The translations under genes and the position numbers were made by a program. From Opitutales bacterium (GTDB lineage: Bacteria; Verrucomicrobiota; Verrucomicrobiia; Opitutales; UBA2987), in the NCBI GenBank assembly GCA_965226885.1, contig CBDDEL010000013.1, positions 352,001-416,000 of the forward strand: a stretch of DNA of 64,000 nt, in the 5' to 3' direction. The notes beneath the pieces were generated by a model that worked only from the letters and a program-made list of their open reading frames with translations, ran no database searches and was not told the origin of the DNA. How positions within the stretch are numbered: the stretch's first letter is position 1; every line of letters starts with the position of its first letter. Of the stretch, positions 21,487 through 32,197 are shown one piece after another.

Positions 21487-24285
21487 TAACTTAGCTCTTC
21501 TTCCACAAATACCAAAGCTACCGCTTCCGGGGTACGCTCCACCTGCTCCTCGAACAGCTCATGAATACATTTGTCACTCGGGTAGGAAGTCCGGGTGTCG
21601 TTGAACTCAACCAGGAGTTGATGTTGTTCGGCCTGGGTGAGGAGCGGGAGCTTCGAGATGGGTTGATTCGGATCGGCTACGACCCCTTCCAGCAAAGTCT
21701 GAAAATGACCCGCCATGCTTTCGATCGTAGCTGCTTCGAACAGATCGCAGTTGTAATGGAACCGGCAGAGCAGCCCGGCCTCTTGCTCCACCACTTCCAG
21801 ATTCAAGTCAAATAGTGCGGTTCCATAGTCGAACTCGAAGGGTTCGATCATGAGAGGATCGGCCTGCATTGTTTTAAGGTCAAAATTCCTCAACTGGAAC
21901 AGCACTTGAACTATTGGATTTCGGCTCAGGTCACGTTCGGGCTGTAGTTCTTCCACCAACTTTTCAAAAGGTAAATCCTGGTGGGCATAAGCGGCCAGAG
22001 CCGTTTTTCTTACCCTCGCCAGCAACTCCCGGAAAGCGGGATCGCCCGAGAAATCGTTTCTCATGACCAGTGTGTTGATAAAGACTCCGATAAGCTCCTC
22101 TGTTTCTACGTGAGTGCGGCCGGCGATGGGAACACCTACGAGGACATCATATTGTCCCGTGTAACGTTGAAGCAGTGTCTGAAAGGCTGCCAGCAGCGTC
22201 ATAAACAGAGTAGCCCCTTCTCTCTGGCTCAGATTCTTAAGCGATTCGTACAGAGTTGGGGGTAAGGGTAAAATCACTCGCTTACCCCGGAAAGTCTGCA
22301 CCGCGGGCCGAGGCCGGTCTGTCATCAACTTCAGGATGGGCGGGGATCCCATCAGTTGTTGCTTCCAGTAGGAAAGGAGGGGTTCGATTGTCTTGCCTTG
22401 CAAATGCTGTCGCTGCCAGTGGCCGAAATCGGCGTACTGAATGGGTAACGGAGCCAGAGGTGATGGCTTGTCTGTTGAAAAAGATTCGTAAAGAGTGGCG
22501 AGTTCTCTAAAGAGCACGGTTTCCGACCAGCCGTCGAAGACGATATGATGCGTCGTCAGAACCAGCCAATGCTCCAGATCGCTCAACCGGAACAGGACGG
22601 CTCTCACGAGGGGGCCATGGGCCAGATCGAAAGACCGCCGGACTTCTTCTACGGCATGCCGCATGGCTTCTGCATTTCGCGCCGGTTCCGGGTGGCGCCT
22701 GAAGTCTGTTAAAGGTAATGTCAGTTCCAGGTGTAGTGCCGTCTCCTGGAAAGGTTGTCCGTCTACGACAGGGAAACGTGTGAGCAAAGATTCGTGCCGC
22801 CGTACAATCTCATTCAGGCTTTTGCCCAATGCGTCCGGGTTAAGCAGACCTGAAAGGCGTGCGCATACCGGTCGGTTGTAAAGCGGATAATCGGACGCCA
22901 GTTGTTCCTGGAACCATATCCTTTCCTGCGCAAAAGACAGTGTTGCCGGGTCCTTGTCCTCATGACGAGGGATTACGTATGCTTTAGGTAAGCCGGTTGC
23001 TTTGCCTTGCAGCCGTTTTTCCAATAGCGCCTGCTTTGCGGGTGAGAGGGCCGCGCGGCGCATCGATAGGTCTTCCTTATCCGGTATCCTCATCGTTCAA
23101 CGCTTCTATTTCTTCCAGGAGGAGTGTTTCGATGGCGATTGCCAGTTCGCTCAGAACGGGTTCTCTGAAGATTTTATCCAAAGGCAGATCCAAATCAAAA
23201 GCCTGTTTTATCCTTGAAACTACCCGTGTCGCCGAAAGCGAATCACCTCCCAATGCAAAAAAACTGTCGTTGCTTCCTACCGTGGAGATGCCCAGCACAT
23301 TAGTCCAGATTTCCGCAAGTGCAAGTTCGACCGGGCCTTCTGGAATGGCATATTCCGGTTTGAGCTGCAGCGCCAACTTTTCGGCCAGGCCGATTCGTTG
23401 GAGCTTGCCGGTGGGGCCTTTGGGTATCTCGTCCACGATCAGCACTTGAGAGGGAACTTTAAAGTCGGAGAGGCGGGAAAAGGCAAAATCGCGTATGTCT
23501 CTTGCCGTGGCTGTTCCATCCTGCCGCAGGACGACGGCGGCGACGACATCTTTACCCAATTTGGGGTGCGGGCTTGCGAAGGCGACCGCTTGTGCGATGT
23601 CCGGATGATTCATCAGCGCCTCGTCGATTTCACGCGGTGAGATTTTTTCGCCGCCACGGTTGATGATCTCCTTGATTCGCCCGGAGATGAAAAGATAGCC
23701 ATTTTCATTCAAATAACCCAGATCGCCTGTCCGGAACAAGCCTTGGGTGAAAGCAGATTTATTTGCCTCCGGGTTGTTTTCGTAACCGGCCATGACATTT
23801 TTGCCGCGTAGGACGATTTCTCCGGTCGCTCTCGGTGGGAGCAGGTTCCCTGCGTCGTTCATAATGGCCACTTCAGGTCCTGCCGCCAGTCCTACAGACC
23901 CTTGCTTGCGCTCGCCCGGCGGCAAGGGGTTGCATGCCATCTGGTGGGCGGCTTCGGTCATCCCATAAGCTTCTATGACCGGAACGTGGAAAGTCTCCTC
24001 CATTTCATCCATCAGGGAGGGAGGGAGCGCGGAGGAAGAAGAGCGGATGAATCTTAAGGAGTGGTGCTGGTGCGCAGTTGTTTCGGGATGCCCTACAATA
24101 CTGTCCACTGCAGCCCGGTGAATGGTGGGGACTGCCGTGTACCAGGTAGGTGAAAACTCTGTCAGCCATGAACCGAAGTTTTTTCCTTCATATCCCGGAG
24201 CGAAGATCACACTCGCGCCAGCATCAAGGGAGGCGAGTAACGCCGCAATGATGCCGTGGATATGAAAAAGTGGCATGACATTCAG

Positions 24286-25087
24286 GGTAGTGTATTAAGT
24301 AGGAATGGGGGCTAATTCTTGATTATATTGATGAATGAAAAGTCTCAGACAGGTTTCATGCATACTCTTAAGCTTGGAAAAGGAGAGGGTTTTGCGTGTG
24401 AAACGACCCAGTCGTTGGCGCAGGGTATTGTTCCATCGTTCCACATGGGCCGTTTCACCGGTTTCTTTTCCCACGGATCGGTTATGAGGAAAGACTTCAT
24501 CATAAGTGCTCCAAAAGTCGCTGTAGGTGGCACATCTTTTGTAGGCCCGTGGCAGACGCTCGTAAAGTTCCCGGCAACGATACCAATCCCGAGGCCCAAT
24601 GGCATAGGAGAGGATTTGACGGGTGCGTCGGCAAAGAGCGATCCAAACCCATTGGGCATCGCTCTTGCGCCCCACAAAAGACCACAGTTCGTCCAGTTCA
24701 ATGACATCATGGCGGCGGGCCGCAAGAATCGTGCTTTTGAGCGGTCGCAGCGATTGTCGTTTTTTTTAACCAACTCAAAACGGTGTTGGGACTCACCCCG
24801 AAGGCGCGCTGTAAACCGCGTAGACTGCTGCGTTCCTGATAGACTCGAAGGATCATTTCTTTTTGCTCTTCGGTGTATTTCACTGTGGGGTTTTCGCGGC
24901 TTTGTTTACCACAATCATGGCAGCGGTAGCGCTGTTTATGGTTGGGCGTCTTGCCAAATTTAATGATATTTTCACTTCCACAGTGCCGACAATTAATAAT
25001 TTTAGTAACCATGCACTAAGAATAAATTGCCTAACGCTATTTGTACAGCTAAAAATACAAAATAACATTCTTTTTTTATACACTACC
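24286..25087 (-). mobile_element. IS1-family element, complete (802 bp)
   Basis: IRs; TSD ACATTCAG; ORFs 25012-24707 and 24675-24295. Confidence 0.95.
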
Positions 25088-25456
25088 ACATTCAGGCAGC
25101 GATCTTCCGGTTTGAGGTTGAGGGTTTTGCGTACGTTTCGCGCCGAGGCAATGAGATTGCTATGGGTCAGCGGCACAATTTTGGGACGCGCTGTAGTGCC
25201 AGATGTGTGCAAGACCAAAGCAATATCCTCAGGTTGTGCGGAACCATTTTTCATCTGGGATGAAGAGACGATGTCCGAAAGCAGGTTCAACTTGAAAACA
25301 CCGGCCTCCGCCTCGGTGTCTGCCATGAGTTCTATGATCGGGATATTGCACTTATTGGCGATCTCTCTGGCCGGGGAGTCTTTGCCTGTGATGTGACCGC
25401 CGAAAACACTACCATTGCCAGTGAGAGTCTTTCTGGAGAAATTACCGGAAAGACCT

Positions 25457-25723
25457 ATGAAGCAAAAAAGATACACCCCTGAACAAATCATAACGATACT
25501 GCGCGAAGTAGACGCAGGCAAAGGCATTCAGGATGTCTGTCGGTCCCACAATATCAGTCCTCAAAGCTACCATCGTTGGCGTAAAAAGTATGGCCGCATG
25601 GAGCTGCGTGACGCCAAGCGGCTGAAGGAGCTGGAGCGCGAGAACACACAGCTTAAGAAGATAGTAGCCGAGCAGATGCTGGAGAACCGTGTGCTCAAGG
25701 AGGTGAACGCAAAAAAATGGTAG
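25457..25723 (+). CDS. IS3-family transposase OrfA
   Basis: MKQKRYTPEQII...WRKKYG...LERENTQLKK (HTH plus leucine zipper); A7 run at its 3' end. Confidence 0.9.
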   Translation: MKQKRYTPEQIITILREVDAGKGIQDVCRSHNISPQSYHRWRKKYGRMELRDAKRLKELERENTQLKKIVAEQMLENRVLKEVNAKKW

Positions 25724-26646
25724 GCCCGAAGCAGAAAAAGGAAGCGGTGAAGCATGTATTGGCCCAAGGGTCGTGCTCGCTGCGTCGGGCCTGTCAGTAT
25801 TTTGGGTTGCACCGCTCAACCTACCTGTATGAACCCAAGAAAGCTACTGAGTATAGGCATAAACTGGTGGCACGCATCATTGCCTTTTCGAAGAAGCATC
25901 CGCGCTATGGCTATCGTCGGATCCGCGCTTTGTTGACCCATGAAGGTTGGCCCGTGAGTCGCAAATTCGTCCAAAAAGTGCGTCGTTTCGAAGGACTGGG
26001 TGTGCGGCCGCCTGGCAAGCGCCGTCGCCGGCAGGGCCAATCCACGGCTACCCCGACCCGAGCAGTGCAGCCCAACCATGTGTGGAGTTGGGACTTTGTG
26101 GCGGATCGCACCGACCGGGGCGGTCCGCTCAGGCTCTTGACACTGATCGATGAACATACCCGTCAATGCCTGGCCATTAAGGTTGCGCGCTCACTGAAAA
26201 GTGCCGATGTGGTAGAGGTATTGAACGATGCCATAAGAGAGAACGGCAAACCTCAGTGCATCCGCTCGGACAACGGATCGGAGTTTATAGCCCACCAAGT
26301 CAAAGAAGAACTGCAGCGACAGGAAATTGCCATCGCATACATTGATCCAGGAAGCCCTTGGCAGAATGGACATATAGAATCCTTTCATAATCGTTTGCGC
26401 GATGAATGCCTTAATCAGGAACTGTTCCTGAGCGTGACCGAAGCGCGTGTGGTGGTCGAACAATGGCGACACAAATACAACGCGAAACACCCCCACAGCC
26501 GATTAGGCTTTCTCTCCCCAAATACATTTGCCAGACTCTGGCGAACAATCAACAAAGCAGCGGCTGGCTCCATTCGGCCTACGGCCTCATTGCGCCACCC
26601 GCTGCAAAACCTACAATACCAAACCTACGGAAATACTCTCACTTAA
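25717..26646 (+). CDS. IS3-family transposase OrfB (rve integrase core)
   Basis: YGYRRI, WSWDF, SDNGSEF, PWQNGHIESF, LRDECLN. Confidence 0.92.
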   Translation: MVGPKQKKEAVKHVLAQGSCSLRRACQYFGLHRSTYLYEPKKATEYRHKLVARIIAFSKKHPRYGYRRIRALLTHEGWPVSRKFVQKVRRFEGLGVRPPGKRRRRQGQSTATPTRAVQPNHVWSWDFVADRTDRGGPLRLLTLIDEHTRQCLAIKVARSLKSADVVEVLNDAIRENGKPQCIRSDNGSEFIAHQVKEELQRQEIAIAYIDPGSPWQNGHIESFHNRLRDECLNQELFLSVTEARVVVEQWRHKYNAKHPHSRLGFLSPNTFARLWRTINKAAAGSIRPTASLRHPLQNLQYQTYGNTLT

Positions 26647-26697
26647 AGTGGTAGCAAAGATGGGGTCCATGGGGTCCGATCACCTGCTGTTACAATA

Positions 26698-28514
26698 GAG
26701 GCTGTCCCAAAAATATAAAGATTTTATAGTCAACTGGATGACGTTGATAAAAAGAGCCGGAAAGAGCAAGTTTTTGCTCGATCCGGCCAAAAAAGGGTTC
26801 TATAATTGAGTTAGCGAAAATCAATATAGCCCTTTCTATGAAAAATATAGCCATCCAATGCCTCCTGCGTCCAGCTTTAACTGTGGTCGACCGGTGCCTC
26901 GATTACGATAACTTCCGCGCCACCATTGATCGAATCGATCGGCTGCTGATCGACTCGGAGGTTGAATCGCAGGCCATTGAGCTGGCCTTGGAGGGGTGGC
27001 CGCCAATGGGTCTAAAGGCCCGGCGGCAGCGGGCCAGTTTTGCCATCAAGGCACTGCGCATGGATACGCTGGGCCGTCTGCTCGGAGGGATTTCGTTTCG
27101 GCATTTGTCGCGGGCTCTGGGCAGCAGCGATCTGTTGGCCGACTTTTGCCGTGTCCGGCAGATCGATGGCATCAGGGGCATCTCCAAAAGCACCCTGGAG
27201 CGGGCCTCGAAGTTTTTCAGCGAAGAGCAGTTGAGGGCCTTGCACCGGACCTTGGCTGAGGTGGTGGGCGATGCCCTTCTGGCCCGGCAGGTGGGATTGG
27301 ACAAGCCGATTGACACCACCATTTGCCTGATCGACGGCACCTGTTTGGAGGCTAACATTCATTGGCCGACGGACTGGGTATTACTCAAGGATGTAGCCGG
27401 CACGTTGCTCAAAGCGATCCGGCTGATCCGCGAGAAGGCCGGTGTGCGCCATCGCATGCCGATCGAACCGGAGCCCTTGGCTCGGCAGATGAATCGGCTG
27501 TGCATACAGATGACCCACAGCCGGCGGCGAAAGGACAGCGCGCGGCAGCGCAAGGGTATCTTGAGGCAGATGAAAAAGCTGCTCAAACGGATCGGGGAGC
27601 ATGCCCGCAGTCACCGGGAATTATTGCAAGCCTGCTGGGAGCAAAGCGATTATAGCGAAAAACAGGTCCAACAGATCCTCGCCCGGATGGAGCGCATGAG
27701 CGAGCAAATCCCGGTGGTCATCAAACAGGCGCACGAGCGGATCATTGGCGGCCGCCAGGTGAAAAACGCAGAGAAAGTCTTGAGTGTTTACGAACTCGAT
27801 GGGCAGGTGATTGTGCGAGGTAAAGCGGGCCAAGAGGTCGAGTTCGGCAACACCCTGTTTTTGGGAGAAAGCGTTGAAGGGTACCTGCTGGACTGGAAAC
27901 TCTACGGCAGCCGAACTCCAAGCGAAAATGAACAAATGCAAGAGAGTTTGCAAAGACAGAACCGCTTCAACCTGGAAGAACCCATAGCGGCCATGTGCGC
28001 GGACCGGGGATTTGCCTCCCAGCGGGCCCGCCGGCAGTTAGCCCAGGAGGGAATCTACGACGCGCTCTGTGCACGGGCTCCGAAGCAGTTGAAAAAACGG
28101 ATGGAGGAACCACTGTTCAGACAATTGCAAAAGCGCCGGGCCAGCACCGAAGGGCGGATCGGGGTATTGAAGAATCGCTGGCAGGCCGGGCGGTTGCGCA
28201 GCAAAGGCTTTGCCAACCGCTCGATCAGCGTAGCCTGGTCGGTACTCTCGCACAACCTATGGAAAGTAGCCAAGATGCTGGCCCAGCAAGACGAACTAAA
28301 AACCAAAGCGGCGGCCTAGAGAGCGGAAAAGCAAGGACAATACTTTTTCACAGCCTTACTGTCGGCTCATACAAAGAAAACCAGGCAACCGGACCCCAAA
28401 ACCAGTATCCTAGCGTCATAGGAGAGCAAAGTTGATACTCTCCCAAATGCAAATACCTCTAAAATGAGCGCCTATCAAAAGCCCTCGCAAAAATCACCCT
28501 TTTGGGACAGCCTC
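26698..28514 (+). mobile_element. ISNCY/IS5-like element type A, complete, flanks not duplicated
   Basis: IRs; flanks TACAATA / TATGATA differ. Confidence 0.93.
26838..28319 (+). CDS. Type A transposase (493 aa)
   Basis: Near-identical to the other copies. Confidence 0.9.
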   Translation: MKNIAIQCLLRPALTVVDRCLDYDNFRATIDRIDRLLIDSEVESQAIELALEGWPPMGLKARRQRASFAIKALRMDTLGRLLGGISFRHLSRALGSSDLLADFCRVRQIDGIRGISKSTLERASKFFSEEQLRALHRTLAEVVGDALLARQVGLDKPIDTTICLIDGTCLEANIHWPTDWVLLKDVAGTLLKAIRLIREKAGVRHRMPIEPEPLARQMNRLCIQMTHSRRRKDSARQRKGILRQMKKLLKRIGEHARSHRELLQACWEQSDYSEKQVQQILARMERMSEQIPVVIKQAHERIIGGRQVKNAEKVLSVYELDGQVIVRGKAGQEVEFGNTLFLGESVEGYLLDWKLYGSRTPSENEQMQESLQRQNRFNLEEPIAAMCADRGFASQRARRQLAQEGIYDALCARAPKQLKKRMEEPLFRQLQKRRASTEGRIGVLKNRWQAGRLRSKGFANRSISVAWSVLSHNLWKVAKMLAQQDELKTKAAA

Positions 28515-28729
28515 TATGATATTAAATTAAAAAAAACCGGGTTTTTACATTATGCTAAAGTCTGGCTGGGGAGCGGTCCAGGCTAACGGTATCCGGCAGA
28601 AGGCGATAAGGCCGCGTGCATGAGTATGGAAGCAGAAAAGGCCCATTCTCTTTTTGCTTGAGTGAACGGGAAAGGCATCTTTTTATAATTTGTTCTGGGA
28701 GGGAGGCATTTGCGCACCGCCCGATTGTC

Positions 28730-28804
<75 letters not shown>

Positions 28805-29164
28805 TGAATACCAACGACTTGGATAATTCTTGGGAACCTGCTAGGCAAACTCTCGGGAAGGTTCGGAAATCGAAGAAAACACCGTAATCCGACATCGCAT
28901 CGCTCGCCTTTGAGGGGAATCGATTACGCTGTTTTTCGTAGGATCGGGCGGCGAACCCAACCGGCATTGCAAGCAGAATACTGAAATGAGGACAAATGTA
29001 GCGTTATGAATTTTAAATACGTTAGAAATAAATTTGTAAAAAAAGTGTAAAGGAAAATTACGTAAGTCCTTACTTCACAAAAGTTTTTGAATTTTTTTAA
29101 CACTTTTTTAACCATGTTTTTTCTGGACAAATGAGGTATTTCCCCTAAATTCTTTATCAGACAC

Positions 29165-29651
29165 ATGAATAGGATAATACAAAATGGTTTAGAAACGCGG
29201 CGAATGGATCGTCGCCCCACCCAGGACAAAAAAGGATTCTCCCTGGTAGAACTCATGGTGGGTTCATCAATCCTTACTCTTGTGCTCGCCGGCGCCTTCA
29301 GCGGTCTGGGGCAAGCGCTCTGTATCTCTGAAGTCGTGCAAAGCTCCAATTTCGCAGCGCAGCTTCGCAGCGCAGCTCTTGCAAAGCGAAATGGACGAAA
29401 TCCACCTGCTGCAATGGGACGAGGTGGCAAACCTGCAGGGCAAAGATTCTTTCGATCCTCGAAAGAACTTTTCCACTGTACCTTTGCGGGACTACTCCTG
29501 CACGAGGATTGTTTCGTCGAAGGGAACCTCTCAAAAAGAAATTCGTCTTATCGTGGAATGGACGGATTTGAGGGGGAAACGCCACTCCAACGAATATGTC
29601 ACTTATTACACGAAGGAGGGGCTTTTTGACTACTCCTATCGTTCACTCTGA
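29165..29651 (+). pseudogene. Prepilin / minor pilin (PilV-like), frameshifted
   Basis: KKGFSLVELMV cleavage motif; 13-bp tandem duplication TTCGCAGCGCAGC at 29351-29376 shifts the frame. Confidence 0.85.
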
Positions 29652-30285
29652 TTTTCCCGGTTTCCGCTCCAGTCCAGTAACGAACCGGAAAATCGAAGAC
29701 TAGAAAAAGCAGTAAAAGGATTTCGCCGCAACTGGCCGCAGGCGAAGAACAAGAGGTATGGATTCGTTTTACCTTTTACCAGAAGTAATCGTAGTCGCTT
29801 TGGTTGCCTCCCTAATTTTAACCGTAATCGCATTCTCCATCAGAGCCATCATGCTGCATAGCATAAGTTTGACCTACCATGCCGAAATTACCGCCCAAGG
29901 GAAAAAAACATTGAACTCATTTACCGATGACGTCCGGGTTGCCACCGATATTATTGTTTTGGATTCAGACGAACTTCTGCTGGAGACTTCCCTGGACCCG
30001 GCAAAAAGCAATTTGGTGGAATACAATTACGATGCCAACAAACAAACATTGGTCCGCACCATTTACGTCAATACCCTGAATGAAGAGGATATTTTACTGA
30101 TGGATGGATTGAAGTCATTTTCTTTCACCTATTACACCATAGTGGGCGATGTTACGACAAAAGCCATCGAAACCAAAAAGATCAGGCTTAGGGCAGAACT
30201 GACACGGGGCAGCGGCCTTGAAACCGTCATCGATCGCGAAATCGCCACCCAGGTGGTCATGCGAAACCGAAAAATGCACAATTAA
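29626..30285 (+). pseudogene. Minor pilin (PilW/PulJ-like), leader frameshifted
   Basis: Removing duplications CCAGT (29669-29678) and TTTTACC (29767-29780) gives a TTG start behind AAGGAGG and motif KRYGFVLPEVIV in frame with ORF 29758-30285. Confidence 0.65.
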
Positions 30286-31335
30286 TTTGATCGCGATCCA
30301 ATGAGAATGGAGAAAAAAGAGGGATCCATTATCCTGGCAGCGCTGTTTATGGCCGCCATCGGAGGGTATCTCGTGACCAGTTACCTCAAGGCTACCTTGC
30401 TCGAACGTAAATTGGCGGAAGAAAATTATTATACCGGGAGCGCTAAAAACCTGGCCGAGGCGGGAGCGGAAACCGGAGTCCTGGCCCTCAATACCAATGA
30501 TTGGTCTGGCTGGACTTTAAATGGAAAAGTAGCCCTCAAGAAGCTTCCCTTAGTGGATATCGGGAATAGCCTTGAGGGTACCATAACGGTTAAGATAGAC
30601 GACAGGTTCACCGACCCGTTCATTATCAGTGAAGGGCGCATCGACCTGCCCAGGGGTAAAACGCTGCAGGAGCAAATCAAGGTGGAGACCCAGCCCAGAG
30701 CGTTGTTTCCCAATGCCATCACGGCGCGCGACTATGTCTATTTTTACAGGGGCAGTAAAAACAACAATATCATCAAAATAGACAGTTACGATTCAGCCAA
30801 AGGCGATTACGACCCGGTCCTGAACCGCAACCGCAATGACAAAGGAACGGTGGCCAGCAAAAGGATGTACACCTATTCCCGCTCCAATGCCGAAATTTAC
30901 GGTTATATGGCGACAAAAAAAGGCCAGCCGGTAAGCGTTGGCAGAAACGGCAGGGTTTACGGAATAGACACTCCCTACTATGTGAAACGGGATCAAGACC
31001 GCATCGCCACCGATTTCAAAGCCTCTTTTCCGGACAAGACGGCACCCGTTAAAAAGAATGCGACCAAATGGTCGAGTAAAAGCACTGTCACTTACAATGG
31101 CAGTCTCAACCGGGGCAATCCCAAGCTTTATCGGTTTTCAGGTGATTTGAATATCAGCTCTTCGCAAACCTTGGTCATCAGAAACCATGTGGCGCTGATA
31201 ATTGACGACGATTTTTACCTCCGCGGCAAAGTCCGGGTGGAAAATGGCGGCTCCCTGGTTATTTATCTCTACGACGATTTTACCATCTACGACTCCGGCC
31301 AAATCATCACTGAGTCGAAAAAACCGATTGATTTC

Positions 31336-32137
31336 GGTAGTGTATAAAAAAAGAATGTTATTTGGTATTTTTAGCTGAACAAATAGCGTTAGGCAGTTTA
31401 TTCTTAGTGCATGGTTACTAAAATTATTAATTGTCGGCACTGTGGAAGTGAAAATATCATTAAATTTGGCAAGACGCCCAACCATAAACAGCGCTACCGC
31501 TGCCATGATTGTGGTAAACAAAGCCGCGAAAACCCCACAGTGAAATACACCGAAGAGCAAAAAGAAATGATCCTTCGAGTCTATCAGGAACGCAGCAGTC
31601 TACGCGGTTTACAGCGCGCCTTCGGGGTGAGTCCCAACACCGTTTTGAGTTGGTTAAAAAAAACGACAATCGCTGCGACCGCTCAAAAGCACGATTCTTG
31701 CGGCCCGCCGCCATGATGTCATTGAACTGGACGAACTGTGGTCTTTTGTGGGGCGCAAGAGCGATGCCCAATGGGTTTGGATCGCTCTTTGCCGACGCAC
31801 CCGTCAAATCCTCTCCTATGCCATTGGGCCTCGGGATTGGTATCGTTGCCGGGAACTTTACGAGCGTCTGCCACGGGCCTACAAAAGATGTGCCACCTAC
31901 AGCGACTTTTGGAGCACTTATGATGAAGTCTTTCCTCATAACCGATCCGTGGGAAAAGAAACCGGTGAAACGGCCCATGTGGAACGATGGAACAATACCC
32001 TGCGCCAACGACTGGGTCGTTTCACACGCAAAACCCTCTCCTTTTCCAAGCTTAAGAGTATGCATGAAACCTGTCTGAGACTTTTTATTCATCAATATAA
32101 TCAAGAATTAGCCACCATTCCTACTTAATACACTACC
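31336..32137 (+). mobile_element. IS1-family element, complete (802 bp)
   Basis: IRs; 7-bp TSD TGATTTC; ORFs 31411-31716 and 31748-32128. Confidence 0.95.
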
Positions 32138-32197
32138 TGATTTCATCCTCAATTCCACCGCTACCCGCAATGGAAGGGCCAGGTATTACTACCTTAG

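Larger units (their letters stand above)
15472..23093 (-). pseudogene. NRPS C-A-PCP-TE, interrupted by three ISs and truncated in the TE domain
   Basis: Fragments 23093-21487, 19662-19070, 17498-16290 and 15479-15472 join in one frame (1139 codons); HHIVFDGWS, YTSGSTG, YGPTE, YRTGDL, NGKVDR, LGGHSI. Confidence 0.92.
25389..26682 (+). mobile_element. IS3-family element (type 1)
   Basis: TG...CA ends with imperfect IRs; TSD CCTG; 9-bp duplication inside the right IR. Confidence 0.92.
23077..26697 (-). pseudogene. Acyl-CoA-ligase-like adenylation domain fused to PCP (NRPS loading protein), interrupted by IS1 and IS3, 5' end lost
   Basis: Fragments 26697-26683, 25384-25088 and 24277-23077 join in frame; LHTSGTTARPK, MPLFHIHG, EAYGMTEAAHQM, RGGEKISP, GKLQR, LGGDSL. 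Confidence 0.9.

Noticed and set aside
28805..29160. tRNA-anchored integrative element or prophage att site
   Set aside because: No integrase and no duplicate of the tRNA 3' end found in the window
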